Of a DNA stretch of 64,000 bases, positions 45,138 to 55,230 are shown piece by piece. The stretch comes from an uncultured bacterium (lineage in GTDB: Bacteria; Edwardsbacteria; AC1; EtOH8), in the NCBI GenBank assembly GCA_963780225.1, contig CAWAAX010000003.1, positions 134,971 to 198,970 of the forward strand. Direction: 5' to 3'. Position 1 is the first letter of the stretch. Each line of letters starts with the position of its first letter. Below the pieces are notes generated by a model. The model was not told the origin of the DNA, did no database searches, and saw only the letters and a list, made by a program, of their open reading frames with translations. The position numbers were made by a program, and so were the translations under genes.

Positions 45138-46367
45138 ATGAGCAAGAAACTGAAATTCAATACCATACCCGAAGCGCTGAAGGACATCCGGCTGGGCAAG
45201 ATGATCGTGGTGGTGGACGATGAGGACCGGGAGAACGAAGGCGATCTGGTGATGGCTTCGGCCAAAGTAACGCCTCAAGCCATCAATTACATGGCCAGGG
45301 AGGGCCGGGGGCTGGTCTGCGTTTCGCTGACGGCGGCCAGGCTGGAGCAGCTGAAGCTTTCCCCCATGGTGGAGCGCAACACCTCCAAGCTCGGCACCAA
45401 CTTCGCGGTTTCGGTGGATGCGGTCAAAGGCACCACCACCGGGATCTCGGCCCAGGACCGGGCCCGGACCATCAAGGTCCTGATCGACCCCAAGGCTAAA
45501 CCGGCCGATCTGGCCCGTCCGGGACACATCTTTCCCCTGCAGGCAGTGGAGGGCGGGGTGCTGCGCCGGGCCGGGCACACCGAGGCCGCAGCCGACCTGG
45601 CCGGGCTGGCCGGGCTGTATCCTTCGGGCATCCTGTGCGAGATCATGTCCGACGATGGCAGCATGGCCAAGGGTCCGGCCCTCTTCGCCTTTGCCCGGAG
45701 GCATAGGCTGAAGATCGTCACCGTCAAGGACCTGATCCTGTACCGCCGGGCCAAGCAGAAACTGGTCAAGAACATACTGAGCCTTAAGCTTCCCACCAAA
45801 TACGGGGAATTCAACCTGGTGGTCTACGAGGACCTGATCGAGAAATACCACCACTTGGCGCTGGTCAAGGGCGTGGTCAAGGGCAAAAAGAACGTGCTGG
45901 TACGGGTCCACTCCCAGTGCCTGACCGGGGATATCCTGGGCTCCCTTCGCTGCGATTGTGGCGACCAGCTGGCCTCGGCCCTTAAGATGATCAGCAAAAA
46001 GGGCAGCGGGGTCTTCCTTTACATGCGTCAGGAAGGCCGGGGCATAGGGCTGGTCAACAAGCTGAGGGCCTACCAGCTTCAGGACAAGGGGATGGACACG
46101 GTGGAGGCCAACCTGGCTTTGGGCTTCAAGGCCGACGAGCGCGATTACGGGATCGGGGCCCAGATCCTGGCCGACCTGGGGCTGACCAGCATCAACCTGA
46201 TCACCAACAATCCCCAGAAGATCACAGCTTTGGAGGGCTACGGCCTGAAGATCTCCAAGCGGGTGTCGGTGCAGATCTGCCCCAATCCCTCCAATCTCCG
46301 CTATCTCAAGACCAAACAGGAGAAGATGGGGCACATGCTGGATTTTGGCAACTGCGTCAACAACTGA
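45138..46367 (+). CDS. ribBA: Bifunctional DHBP synthase / GTP cyclohydrolase II
   Basis: [56 protein letters not shown]. Confidence 0.97.
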   Translation: MSKKLKFNTIPEALKDIRLGKMIVVVDDEDRENEGDLVMASAKVTPQAINYMAREGRGLVCVSLTAARLEQLKLSPMVERNTSKLGTNFAVSVDAVKGTTTGISAQDRARTIKVLIDPKAKPADLARPGHIFPLQAVEGGVLRRAGHTEAAADLAGLAGLYPSGILCEIMSDDGSMAKGPALFAFARRHRLKIVTVKDLILYRRAKQKLVKNILSLKLPTKYGEFNLVVYEDLIEKYHHLALVKGVVKGKKNVLVRVHSQCLTGDILGSLRCDCGDQLASALKMISKKGSGVFLYMRQEGRGIGLVNKLRAYQLQDKGMDTVEANLALGFKADERDYGIGAQILADLGLTSINLITNNPQKITALEGYGLKISKRVSVQICPNPSNLRYLKTKQEKMGHMLDFGNCVNN

Positions 46368-46478
46368 AGGCTAACCATCAAGTAAACTTTTATCCGCAGA
46401 TTGCGCAGATTTAACAGATTCCATTTTACAAGGGATCATAAAGTACATTAGATGAACATTGTTTATAAAGGAGAAAAA

Positions 46479-46958
46479 ATGAAGCACAAGGTTTATGAAG
46501 GCCAGCTGAATGCCCAGGGCAAAAGGTTCTGCCTGCTGGTCTCCCGGTTCAACGATCTGGTGGGGGCCCGTCTTTTGGAGGGCGCCCAGGACTGCCTGCT
46601 GCGCCACGGGGCCGAGGCCGACCAGATAGACATAGTCTGGGTGCCGGGATCGTTTGAGATCCCGGGGGCCGCCTCCAAGCTGGCCGCCTCCAAGCGCTAC
46701 GATGCCGTGGTCTGCCTGGGCGCGGTGATCCGGGGCGACACCCCGCATTTTGACTACATCGCGGCCGAGGTGGCCAAGGGCGTGGCCCAGGTGTCCATGA
46801 GCTCGGGCGTGCCCACCATCTTCGGGGTGGTGACCACCGACAACCTGGAACAGGCGCTGGAGCGTGCCGGCAGCAAGTCCGGCAACAAAGGCTGGGAGGC
46901 CGCCCTGTTTGCCATCGAGATGGCCGACCTCTACCAGAAGCTCGGCAAAAGCAAATGA
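46479..46958 (+). CDS. ribH: 6,7-dimethyl-8-ribityllumazine synthase
   Basis: [34 protein letters not shown]. Confidence 0.97.
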   Translation: MKHKVYEGQLNAQGKRFCLLVSRFNDLVGARLLEGAQDCLLRHGAEADQIDIVWVPGSFEIPGAASKLAASKRYDAVVCLGAVIRGDTPHFDYIAAEVAKGVAQVSMSSGVPTIFGVVTTDNLEQALERAGSKSGNKGWEAALFAIEMADLYQKLGKSK

Positions 46959-47365
46959 GCACCAGGCATAAATACCGGGAGCTGGCCCTGCAGGCTTTGT
47001 ACCAGATGGAGCTTACCGGTATCCCGCCGGAGGAGGCCCTGTATGACATCCGGCAGAGGAATTCCGGCCAGGCTATAGACTTTACCATCAGCCTGGTGCA
47101 GGCGGTGGCCGGAAATATCCAGGAGATCGACCAGGTCATCGAGCGTTCGGCCAAGAACTGGAAGCTCTCCCGGATGGCGGTGGTGGACCGGAACATCCTG
47201 AGGCTGGGAGTGGCCCAGCTGATGTACCTGCCGGCCGAGGTGCCGCCCAAGGTGGCCATCGACGAGTCCATTGAACTGGGGAAAAAATTCGGGGACGGGC
47301 AGTCCGGGAAATTCATCAACGGCATCCTGGACAATGTCTACAAGGAAATGGCGAAACAGGTTTGA
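46955..47365 (+). CDS. nusB: Transcription antitermination factor NusB
   Basis: [38 protein letters not shown]; follows ribH. Confidence 0.96.
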   Translation: MSTRHKYRELALQALYQMELTGIPPEEALYDIRQRNSGQAIDFTISLVQAVAGNIQEIDQVIERSAKNWKLSRMAVVDRNILRLGVAQLMYLPAEVPPKVAIDESIELGKKFGDGQSGKFINGILDNVYKEMAKQV

Positions 47366-47392
47366 ACCCCAAAACTCATTTACGGTGAAGTT

Positions 47393-48133
47393 ATGCGGTA
47401 TGCCATCATCTCGGACATTCACGGCAATCATCAGGCCCTGAGCGCGGTCAAGGCCAGCCTGAAGAATGAGCAGCTGGATGAAGTGATCTGCCTGGGCGAC
47501 ATCGTGGGCTACGGGGCCGAGCCCGGCCTTTGCCTGCGGGAGACGCTGGAGCTGTGCCGGACCGTGGTGGCCGGGAACCACGATCACGGGGTGGCCGGAA
47601 GGCTGGAGACCTCCTTCTTCAGCTCCAATGCCCGCAAGGCGGTGGAGTGGACCTCCAAGGTCTTGGATCCCGCCGAGAAAAAACTGCTGTATGATCTTCC
47701 CCTTTTGAAAGAGGTGTCCCGGCCTGACGGGATCTTTGTGGCGGCGCATTCGGCCCCGGAAAAACCCCAGGAATGGCGCTACATCCTTTCCATGGACGAG
47801 GCCGAATACCAGTTCGAGCATTTTTCCCTGCCGCTCTGCTTTGTCGGGCACTCCCACCTGCCGGTATTCTGGCAGCTGGGCCCTGACGGGGAATGCTCGA
47901 TGGCGGGCCGGGAATACCTGCGGCTGGAGCCGGGAAACCGGTACATCATCAACGCCGGCAGCGTGGGCCAGCCGCGGGACGGCGACCCCCGGGCCTGCTA
48001 TGCGGTTTATGACAGCCAGCGCCGGGAGCTGATCATCCGGCGGGTGGAATACGACATCCCCCAGGCCCAGCAAAAGATACTGAAGGCCGGATTGCCGGCC
48101 AGGCTGGCCGAGCGGCTGGCCCAGGGAGTCTGA
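47393..48133 (+). CDS. Metallophosphoesterase (YfcE/calcineurin-like)
   Basis: SDIHGN, LGDIVGYG, GNHD, GHSH, NAGSVGQPRDGDPRA. Confidence 0.92.
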   Translation: MRYAIISDIHGNHQALSAVKASLKNEQLDEVICLGDIVGYGAEPGLCLRETLELCRTVVAGNHDHGVAGRLETSFFSSNARKAVEWTSKVLDPAEKKLLYDLPLLKEVSRPDGIFVAAHSAPEKPQEWRYILSMDEAEYQFEHFSLPLCFVGHSHLPVFWQLGPDGECSMAGREYLRLEPGNRYIINAGSVGQPRDGDPRACYAVYDSQRRELIIRRVEYDIPQAQQKILKAGLPARLAERLAQGV

Positions 48134-48141
48134 AATATCAA

Positions 48142-48169
48142 GTAAGGGCAATTCATGAATTGCCCCAAC
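48142..48169 (+). repeat. GTAA-type REP palindrome
   Basis: gtaagggcaattcatgaattgccccaac. Confidence 0.85.
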
Positions 48170-48192
48170 ATTTGGATAAGGTCACAATCGCC

Positions 48193-49233
48193 ATGCCGAC
48201 CAAAGTCGCCATAATAATTCCCCATTACAACGGACAGAAGCTGCTGGAGGATGGTCTTCCTTCTCTGTTCAAGACGGGGTATTCGGATTACACGGTCTAT
48301 CTGGTGGACAACGCCTCCACCGACGGCAGCCCGGAATGGGCCAAGGTCCATTATCCCCAGATCCAGGTGATCAAGTCAAACAAGAACCTGGGCTATGCCG
48401 GAGGATGCAACCTGGGGATCAGGGCCACCACCGAGGAATATGTGGTCCTGCTCAACAACGACACCGAGGTCAAGCCGGACTGGCTGGACAAGCTGGTCTT
48501 AGAGCTGGACAAGGACGGGGTCGTTGCCGCGGCCCAGCCCAAGATCCTGTGGCTTAAGGACCGGACCCGGTTCGACTATTCCGGCGGGGCCGGCGGCCTG
48601 ATGGACGCCTACGGCTATCCCTATTGCCGGGGACGGATGTTCGAGGAAAAGGAAAAGGACCAGGGACAGTACGACCGGCATCCCGCCGATATTTTCTGGG
48701 CTTCGGGCTCGGCCTCCATCTACCGGCGTTCGGCCCTGGACGCCTCCGGCCTGCTGGACGAGGATTTTTTCATGCACATGGAGGAGATAGACCTGGCCTG
48801 GCGGCTTCACCTGCTGGGCCTGCGGGTGATCTCCGTTCCCGGCTCGGTGGTCTACCATCTTTCCGGGGGCTCGCTGCCCACCGGTAATTTCCGCAAGATG
48901 TACCTTAACCACCGCAACAGCCAGCTGATGATGTGGAAGAACTATTCCCTGGGCTCGCTTCTATGGATCTGGCCCGGCCGGATGCTGCTGGAAGCGGCCG
49001 CCTTCGCCAAGGCTGTAGCCTCGGGCAACTGGGAATGGGCCCGGGCCATTGTGCAGGCGGGCTGGTGGTTGCTGGAGAACCCCCTTACGGTCTGGAAAAA
49101 ACACCGCCGGGTACAGGCGCTCAGAAAGGTCTCCGACCGCCGGATCAGAGAACAGATGTTCCCGGGCAGCATCGCCCTGGAATATTTCATCAAGCAAAAA
49201 AGAACTGCCCAACAATTGGAAGGTAAACGATGA
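48193..49233 (+). CDS. Glycosyltransferase family 2
   Basis: IIIPHYN, VDNASTDGS, NLGYAGGCN, LLNNDT, FFMHMEEIDLAWR. Confidence 0.93.
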   Translation: MPTKVAIIIPHYNGQKLLEDGLPSLFKTGYSDYTVYLVDNASTDGSPEWAKVHYPQIQVIKSNKNLGYAGGCNLGIRATTEEYVVLLNNDTEVKPDWLDKLVLELDKDGVVAAAQPKILWLKDRTRFDYSGGAGGLMDAYGYPYCRGRMFEEKEKDQGQYDRHPADIFWASGSASIYRRSALDASGLLDEDFFMHMEEIDLAWRLHLLGLRVISVPGSVVYHLSGGSLPTGNFRKMYLNHRNSQLMMWKNYSLGSLLWIWPGRMLLEAAAFAKAVASGNWEWARAIVQAGWWLLENPLTVWKKHRRVQALRKVSDRRIREQMFPGSIALEYFIKQKRTAQQLEGKR

Positions 49234-50204
49234 AACAGGCCCTGAAGAAAACGCTGTTATTGGTCTTCCGGATATTGATCAGCCTGGGGTTGATAGGCTG
49301 GATACTGCTAAAGGTGGACCGGCGGGAGCTGGCCGAGTCCCTGAGGAGCATAGACCTGTGGTACCTGTCCGCGGCCTTCCTGGCTTATCTGATAGTCAAC
49401 GCCTTCTGCAACTGGCGTTGGCAGATACTGCTGGCGGCCCGGGGAATAAAGGCCGGGTACTGGAGGCTATTCCGCTACTTTCTTAACGGCCTGTTCTTCG
49501 GGAACTTCCTGCCCACCACGGTGGGCGGCGACCTGGCCCGGGCCTATCTGGTGGTGGACGACTGCAACAAGAAATCGGAAGCCCTGGCCTCGGTGCTGGT
49601 GGACCGCTTCATCGGGCTGTTCGGGGTGATCATCACCGGCATCATCGGACTGATCCTGGTGGCCAAGACCGGGGAGGAGCTTTTCCTGCTGAAGGTCATG
49701 GTCATAGTCATCGCGGCGGCGCTGCTGTTCGTGATACTGTTCCTGAACAAAACCCTGGTAAAAAAATTCCGGTGGATGCTGAAGCTGCCCCTGATAGAAA
49801 AGGCCGAACACCACCTGATAGATTTTTACCATTCCCTTTACGTCTATCGTACCCACAAGAAAGAAGTGTTCTGGGCCTTCGTCCAGTCCCTGCTGGTCCA
49901 GCTGTTCGTGGTTTTTACCGCCTATTTCATCGCCATATCGCTGGACATCACCATATCCATCATCCCCTTCTTCCTGTACATGCCGGTGATAGGGGCGGTG
50001 AGCATGATCCCGCTGTCGGTCAACGGCTGGGGCCTACAGGAGGGGGCATTCATAGTGTTCTTCGGCCGGGCCGGCCTGAGCCACTCCCAGGCCCTGTCGC
50101 TGGGATTTGTCTACCATCTGGTGGCGGTGGGGGTATCGCTGTTGGGCGGGCTGCTGTGGCTGATCTACGGCAGCAAAAAGAAGCTGAAGGAAACCTGCGA
50201 ATAG
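49230..50204 (+). CDS. Lysylphosphatidylglycerol-synthase-TM / flippase-like membrane protein
   Basis: RWQILL, FGNFLPTTVGGDLAR, SVLVDR, IPLSVNGWGLQE. Confidence 0.88.
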   Translation: MKQALKKTLLLVFRILISLGLIGWILLKVDRRELAESLRSIDLWYLSAAFLAYLIVNAFCNWRWQILLAARGIKAGYWRLFRYFLNGLFFGNFLPTTVGGDLARAYLVVDDCNKKSEALASVLVDRFIGLFGVIITGIIGLILVAKTGEELFLLKVMVIVIAAALLFVILFLNKTLVKKFRWMLKLPLIEKAEHHLIDFYHSLYVYRTHKKEVFWAFVQSLLVQLFVVFTAYFIAISLDITISIIPFFLYMPVIGAVSMIPLSVNGWGLQEGAFIVFFGRAGLSHSQALSLGFVYHLVAVGVSLLGGLLWLIYGSKKKLKETCE

Positions 50205-50215
50205 ACGGGTGATAA

Positions 50216-50860
50216 ATGAAAAAAGCAGTGGCCATCGTTTTTATTCTGGCGCTTATACCGGCGGCGGCCTTTGCCCAGTGGAGCGTAAACTTTAACTATG
50301 GCTGGCTGGACAATGCCTCTCCGGAATGGAAAGTGTTTGATCACAACTCCAAGCCGTTTTCCATCTGGGGCAACGGATGGCAAGTGGGCGGCGGTGTGGA
50401 GTATCACAAGAAAAGCTGGCTGTCGGTGGGCGGGTCGTGTTGCTATCAAAGCTTCAGCACTGAACCATCGGGCAAGTTTGAGAAATACGTCAGTGAAAGT
50501 GATGGTTGGAGCGGGGAAGCATCCTGGCAGGTTCCGGTCGAGGCCTATGCCAGGCTTTTCAGGCCAAGGGCGCTGCTGCAGAGCAACCTCAAGCTGGGTT
50601 TGGGCGTGATGGTCTCGCATGTGGGACGTTTAATGGTCACTACCACAGGAGTTGAATATTCTGAGGGTTCAGGTCAGTGGACTAGCATAGTGAATGGCAC
50701 AGGCGAGACGTTATACCGTCCCTTCGGGGAGATCAGCGCGGGAATAAATATCCCGATCACCGCCAGGCTGGGTATAACCCTTGATTACGGATACCTTTCC
50801 ACCTTTGACAGAATGGTGCAGGAACTGCCGTTCCAGCTGGGAATGAACATCAAGTGGTAG
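50216..50860 (+). CDS. Small outer-membrane beta-barrel-like exported protein
   Basis: Signal peptide, alternating beta-strand pattern, terminal aromatic W. Confidence 0.65.
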   Translation: MKKAVAIVFILALIPAAAFAQWSVNFNYGWLDNASPEWKVFDHNSKPFSIWGNGWQVGGGVEYHKKSWLSVGGSCCYQSFSTEPSGKFEKYVSESDGWSGEASWQVPVEAYARLFRPRALLQSNLKLGLGVMVSHVGRLMVTTTGVEYSEGSGQWTSIVNGTGETLYRPFGEISAGINIPITARLGITLDYGYLSTFDRMVQELPFQLGMNIKW

Positions 50861-50867
50861 CTTAATA

Positions 50868-51884
50868 ATGCGGATAGTATTCATGGGCACTCCGGCCTTC
50901 GCCGTACCCACCCTGGAGGCCCTCCATCACAAGGGACACGAGATACTGGCGGTCTTTGCCCAGCCGGACAGGCCGGCGGGCCGGGGCCGCAGTATTGCCT
51001 TTTCCCCGGTCAAGCAAAAGGCGGTGGAGCTGGATCTGCCGGTTTGCCAGCCGGCGACATTAAAAGACACTAAGACAGTTGATCACCTTTCGAAACTTCA
51101 GCCCGATGTTCTGGTGGTGGTAGCCTACGGGCTGCTGCTGCCACAGAACATCCTGGATATCCCCAAGCACGGGGCGGTGAACCTGCACCCATCACTGCTG
51201 CCAAAATACCGGGGGGCGGCACCCATCAACCACGCTTTGCTTCACGGCGACAAGGTTACCGGCATCACCAGCATCCTGATGAACAGCCGAATGGACGCCG
51301 GGGACATCATTCTGCAGGAAACCGTGGCGATCAGTGACGATGAAAATGCAGGCCAGTTGGAGGAGCGGTTGTCCGGGCTGGGAGCGGATCTCATAACTAG
51401 AAGTTTAGAAGTTATGAAGGTGGGAAGGTCCGCCTTTAGAAAGCAGGACGAGGCGCAGGTCACCTTTGCCCCGAAGCTTTCACCGAAGGACGGGCACATT
51501 GACTGGAAACGAAGATCCCTGGAGATCCAAAACCAGGTTCGGGGACTTACTCCAAAACCCGGGGCTTTTACCATGTTCAAAGAGAAAAGGCTGGAGATCC
51601 TGGAAACCCTACTGAATACTGAATACCGAATCCATTCGTTTGCAGAGCAGGCCAGTCTTTCTCAGGACAAGTTACTGAATACCGAAGAAGTTCCAGGGCT
51701 GGTAGTTTCAATAGAGAAGAACAAGGGTCCGGTGATAAGTACCGGTGACGGGGCTTTGGTTCTGCTGAAAGTGAAACCCCAGGATAAGAAGGAAATGAGC
51801 GGTGAAGAATTTGTAAATGGATATCGTATCATACCAGGCCAACGTATGGGTTATATTAAAAAGGAAGGTCCAGTACAGCCATGA
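50868..51884 (+). CDS. fmt: Methionyl-tRNA formyltransferase
   Basis: MRIVFMGTPAFA, QPDRPAGRG, VVAYG, NLHPSLLPKYRGAAPI, MDAGDI. Confidence 0.97.
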   Translation: MRIVFMGTPAFAVPTLEALHHKGHEILAVFAQPDRPAGRGRSIAFSPVKQKAVELDLPVCQPATLKDTKTVDHLSKLQPDVLVVVAYGLLLPQNILDIPKHGAVNLHPSLLPKYRGAAPINHALLHGDKVTGITSILMNSRMDAGDIILQETVAISDDENAGQLEERLSGLGADLITRSLEVMKVGRSAFRKQDEAQVTFAPKLSPKDGHIDWKRRSLEIQNQVRGLTPKPGAFTMFKEKRLEILETLLNTEYRIHSFAEQASLSQDKLLNTEEVPGLVVSIEKNKGPVISTGDGALVLLKVKPQDKKEMSGEEFVNGYRIIPGQRMGYIKKEGPVQP

Positions 51885-52336
51885 AAGAATACTTATTGCC
51901 CCAAAAATACGTCAAGAAGATATTTTATATAGATTCGATACTTGTGTGGTTTGTTATTGCAGTTGGAATAACTTTGATTGTTCTCGAAGGGGATGGTGCA
52001 GCCGTATTAATGTTGTTAAGTGGTGTATTAATGTTGGTTATTGGTCCGGTACGTGCCAACAACATCATTTATAAAGTAATTGTGACTGAAGAAGCGGTTG
52101 ATTTCATAACAAAAAAACACTCGAATAAAATATGTTATAAGGATATTACACGCTTATCGTTCAGAAAAAAACTATTCGACACAAAATCAATTATAGGGTT
52201 TCATGTGTTCGGGAAGGAGTCATCTGGTTATGTAGATATTAGGACGGTAAATAGCGGAGAACTAATTGAAGATATCTTGGTGCATTGTCCTCATCTGAGC
52301 ACAGGTGATCTGATGAAAGAATTGAAAAGAAGCTAA
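51881..52336 (+). CDS. AT-rich hypothetical membrane protein (two TM helices plus soluble domain)
   Basis: ATGA overlap with fmt; composition differs from neighbours. Confidence 0.65.
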   Translation: MKEYLLPQKYVKKIFYIDSILVWFVIAVGITLIVLEGDGAAVLMLLSGVLMLVIGPVRANNIIYKVIVTEEAVDFITKKHSNKICYKDITRLSFRKKLFDTKSIIGFHVFGKESSGYVDIRTVNSGELIEDILVHCPHLSTGDLMKELKRS

Positions 52337-52358
52337 TTCCGGTTAAAGATTTAAATAG

Positions 52359-53147
52359 TTGCCTAATAATAAAGTGAAAGAAAATAAAAGAGCCTTTCTA
52401 AGCCTCTCCCTCTTAAGCCTGGTGATCCTGATCGGCGGAGTGGCAGTGCTTTTCTGGCTGATAGTGCCCCGGCTGCAGCATTTGGGCGACTGGCTGTTCT
52501 ATGCCGCCGCCATCGTCGCCGCGCTGTTCCTGCTGGTGGTGACGGGGGGGCTGTTCCTGCTGTTCCTCTCCGCCCTAACCGAGAAGGATTTTCTGTTTCC
52601 CCACGGCAAGAAGCAGGTGACGGTCAAGGTGCTGTATCCCCTGAACCTGATGCTGGGTTATCTGCTGGGGATCGGCCGGGAGAGGATAGGGGAATCCTTC
52701 GTAGCCTTCAACAATGCCCTGGTGCGGGCCGCCGGCAAACGGCTGGACCCGGCCCGGATCCTGATCCTTTTGCCCCACTGCCTGCAGCTGGCCGACTGCC
52801 CCCACCGGGTGACCTCCGATATCAGGAACTGCAAGCGCTGCGGGAAATGCCCCCTGGCCGGACTGGCCGCCATCGCCGAGGAGACCGGGGTCCAGATCTC
52901 GGTGGCCACCGGAGGCACCCTGGCCCGCCGGGTGATAGTGGAGCTGAAGCCTACCTCCATCCTGGCGGTGGCCTGCGAGCGGGACCTGGTCTCGGGCATC
53001 CACGACGCCTATCCCATCCCGGTCTACGGCATTTTGAACCAGCGGCCGCACGGCCCCTGCCGCAACACCCTGGTGGACATGGATCAGGTGGCCCTGGGGC
53101 TTTCGGTGCTGCTGGGACGGGAGGTAAAGTGGAAGCACGGGAAGTAG
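52359..53147 (+). CDS. DUF116 family protein
   Basis: ILLPHCLQ..DC, C..CGKC, VATGGTLAR, AVACERDLVSG, GPCRNT; between fmt and rsmB. Confidence 0.88.
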   Translation: MPNNKVKENKRAFLSLSLLSLVILIGGVAVLFWLIVPRLQHLGDWLFYAAAIVAALFLLVVTGGLFLLFLSALTEKDFLFPHGKKQVTVKVLYPLNLMLGYLLGIGRERIGESFVAFNNALVRAAGKRLDPARILILLPHCLQLADCPHRVTSDIRNCKRCGKCPLAGLAAIAEETGVQISVATGGTLARRVIVELKPTSILAVACERDLVSGIHDAYPIPVYGILNQRPHGPCRNTLVDMDQVALGLSVLLGREVKWKHGK

Positions 53148-54451
53148 CGTTAAAAACGCTTTCCAAGGCCGGCACCGACGGAGCCTATTACGACCAGGTC
53201 CTTAAAAAGAATTTGAAGGAGAGCGGCCTTTCCCTGCCGGACAAGGCCCTGGCCCACGAACTGACCGCCGGGGTTCTGCGCCACCGGATGTGGCTGGACT
53301 GGGTGCTGGACCGGTCCTTAAAGAGCGGCATGAAGTCGCTGACACCCTGGGAACAGAACATCCTGCGCCTGGGCTTGTATCAGATCGCCAAGCTGGACCG
53401 GATCCCGCCTTTTGCCGCGGTGAACGAGAGCGTGAACCTGGCCAAACGCTATGGCCGCAAGAGTATAATTGGCTTGACAAATGCGGTGCTACGGGATATA
53501 ATTAGGCACCGAAGGCATTTGGAGCCAATAAGTTCGGGGGATAAGGCCCGGGATCTGTCCATAGAATATTCGCATCCCCTCTGGTTGGTAAAACGCTGGC
53601 TAAAGGAACTGGGAGAAGCGGGGACAAAAGAGTTGTTGCAGGCCAACAACCGCCATGCCCAGGTCATCATCCGCCCAAACACCCTGAAAACAGGGGTTTT
53701 GGAGCTTCAGGAAAACTTAAACCTGTCGGGCATCAATACCTCGGCCAATAGATACATCCCGGCTGCACTGGAAGTGGAAAACCCGGCGGGGCTGGCTGAT
53801 GATTCATTGTTCAGCCGGGGATGTTTCTATTATCAGGATCCCTCCAGCCAGGCGGTTTCCCAGCTGGCCCGGGCCAAGGCAGGCGATGAGGTGCTGGATC
53901 TGTGCGCCGCTCCCGGCGGCAAGGCCAGCGCGGTGCTGGAGCAGATGGGGGATGTTGGAAACCTGCTGGCGGTTGACCTTTCGGAACAAAAACTTTCTTT
54001 GATCAAGGAGAATTTCACCCGGCTGGGATTGAGGTCGTATTCCCTGGTCTGCGCCGATGCAGCAGTTTTTTCCGCCCGGAAAAAGTTCGACCTGGTGCTG
54101 ATAGACGCGCCCTGCAGCGGGCTGGGGGCGCTTCGCCGCCGGTTGGACATCCGGTGGAGGATAAAGGAACTGGACATCGCGAGGCTGTCCCGGCTGCAGT
54201 TGCAGATACTCAACAATGCGGCCGGGCTGGTCAAAACCGGCGGGGCTTTGATCTACAGCACCTGTACGGTGACGCCGGAGGAGAACCAGGGATCGGTGAA
54301 AAAGTTTCTGGCCAAGAACCCGGAATTCATCCTTGACGATGCCGGACAGTTCATTCCCCGGGAATTAGTGGAAGACGGTTTCTTCAGCAGCTGGCCCCAT
54401 CTCCACGGAATGGACGGAGCCTTCGCCGCCCGTCTGATCAGACAAAGGTAA
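53129..54451 (+). CDS. rsmB: 16S rRNA m5C967 methyltransferase RsmB/Sun
   Basis: NusB-like N-terminus, YSHPLWL, QDPSS, LDLCAAPGGK, DAPCSGLG, YSTCT..PEEN, DGAFAA; GTG start after gaggt. Confidence 0.95.
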   Translation: MEAREVALKTLSKAGTDGAYYDQVLKKNLKESGLSLPDKALAHELTAGVLRHRMWLDWVLDRSLKSGMKSLTPWEQNILRLGLYQIAKLDRIPPFAAVNESVNLAKRYGRKSIIGLTNAVLRDIIRHRRHLEPISSGDKARDLSIEYSHPLWLVKRWLKELGEAGTKELLQANNRHAQVIIRPNTLKTGVLELQENLNLSGINTSANRYIPAALEVENPAGLADDSLFSRGCFYYQDPSSQAVSQLARAKAGDEVLDLCAAPGGKASAVLEQMGDVGNLLAVDLSEQKLSLIKENFTRLGLRSYSLVCADAAVFSARKKFDLVLIDAPCSGLGALRRRLDIRWRIKELDIARLSRLQLQILNNAAGLVKTGGALIYSTCTVTPEENQGSVKKFLAKNPEFILDDAGQFIPRELVEDGFFSSWPHLHGMDGAFAARLIRQR

Positions 54452-54490
54452 CCAACCATTAAACATATTACATAAACTACGGAGTATTTC

Positions 54491-55228
54491 ATGCCTATTT
54501 ACGAGCAGAGCAGCAGTAAAAAGCCGGTGGCAGCGGCCATCTTCTCGGGAGCCTTAAGCGGCCTTTTGATGAGCTTGCTTTTTTGGGGCGTGATCCAGCC
54601 CATTATGGACATGTCCGAGCTTCCGGATGTGACCGGCAAGAAGGTGGAGATAGCCAAGTCCATTCTGGAGGGCCGGGGATTCCGGGTCTACCAGGAGGAT
54701 GCCATCAACGATGCCACAGTGCCCGAGGGCGCGGTCAGCAAGCAGGATCCGGTGCCGGGCGGCAAGGTGCGCAAGGGGTCCACCATTAAAATATGGCCCA
54801 ACGGCGGCGGCTCCAGCGTTCCGGTCCTTCAGGGCATGCTGCTTCCCCAGGCCACTGTGATGCTGCAGCAGGCCGGGTTGAAGCTGGGCCAGGTCACCAT
54901 GCAGCCGTCCGACTCCGTGCCCAAGGATGCGATCATCTCCAGCAATCCGTCCTTCAACAGCAAGACCCAGAAGGACAGCCCGGTGGACCTGGTGGTCAGC
55001 GCCGGGGCCGGGGAGGTGGCGGTGCCGGCGGTTAAAGGCTACGGGAAAAGCAGGTCCCAGGAGATGATCAAGCAGGCCGGGCTTAACCTGGGCAGCGTCC
55101 GTTACATTTACGATGAAGAGAACGATCCGGGCCTGGTGGTCCGGCAGGATCCCCAGGCCGGCTCCAAGGTGGCCAAGGGCTCCAACGTCAGCATCTGGGT
55201 GACCACCGATATCGAACCAGAAGAATAA
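54491..55228 (+). CDS. Membrane-anchored protein with three PASTA domains
   Basis: One TM; LPDVTGK, VPVLQGM, VPAVKGY repeats with QDP..G..V.KGS. Confidence 0.9.
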   Translation: MPIYEQSSSKKPVAAAIFSGALSGLLMSLLFWGVIQPIMDMSELPDVTGKKVEIAKSILEGRGFRVYQEDAINDATVPEGAVSKQDPVPGGKVRKGSTIKIWPNGGGSSVPVLQGMLLPQATVMLQQAGLKLGQVTMQPSDSVPKDAIISSNPSFNSKTQKDSPVDLVVSAGAGEVAVPAVKGYGKSRSQEMIKQAGLNLGSVRYIYDEENDPGLVVRQDPQAGSKVAKGSNVSIWVTTDIEPEE

Positions 55229-55230
55229 AA

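Noticed and set aside
52847..53128. N-terminal extension of rsmB in the ORF track
   Set aside because: It overlaps the DUF116 gene in another frame; GTG 53129 has an SD and matches the expected start.
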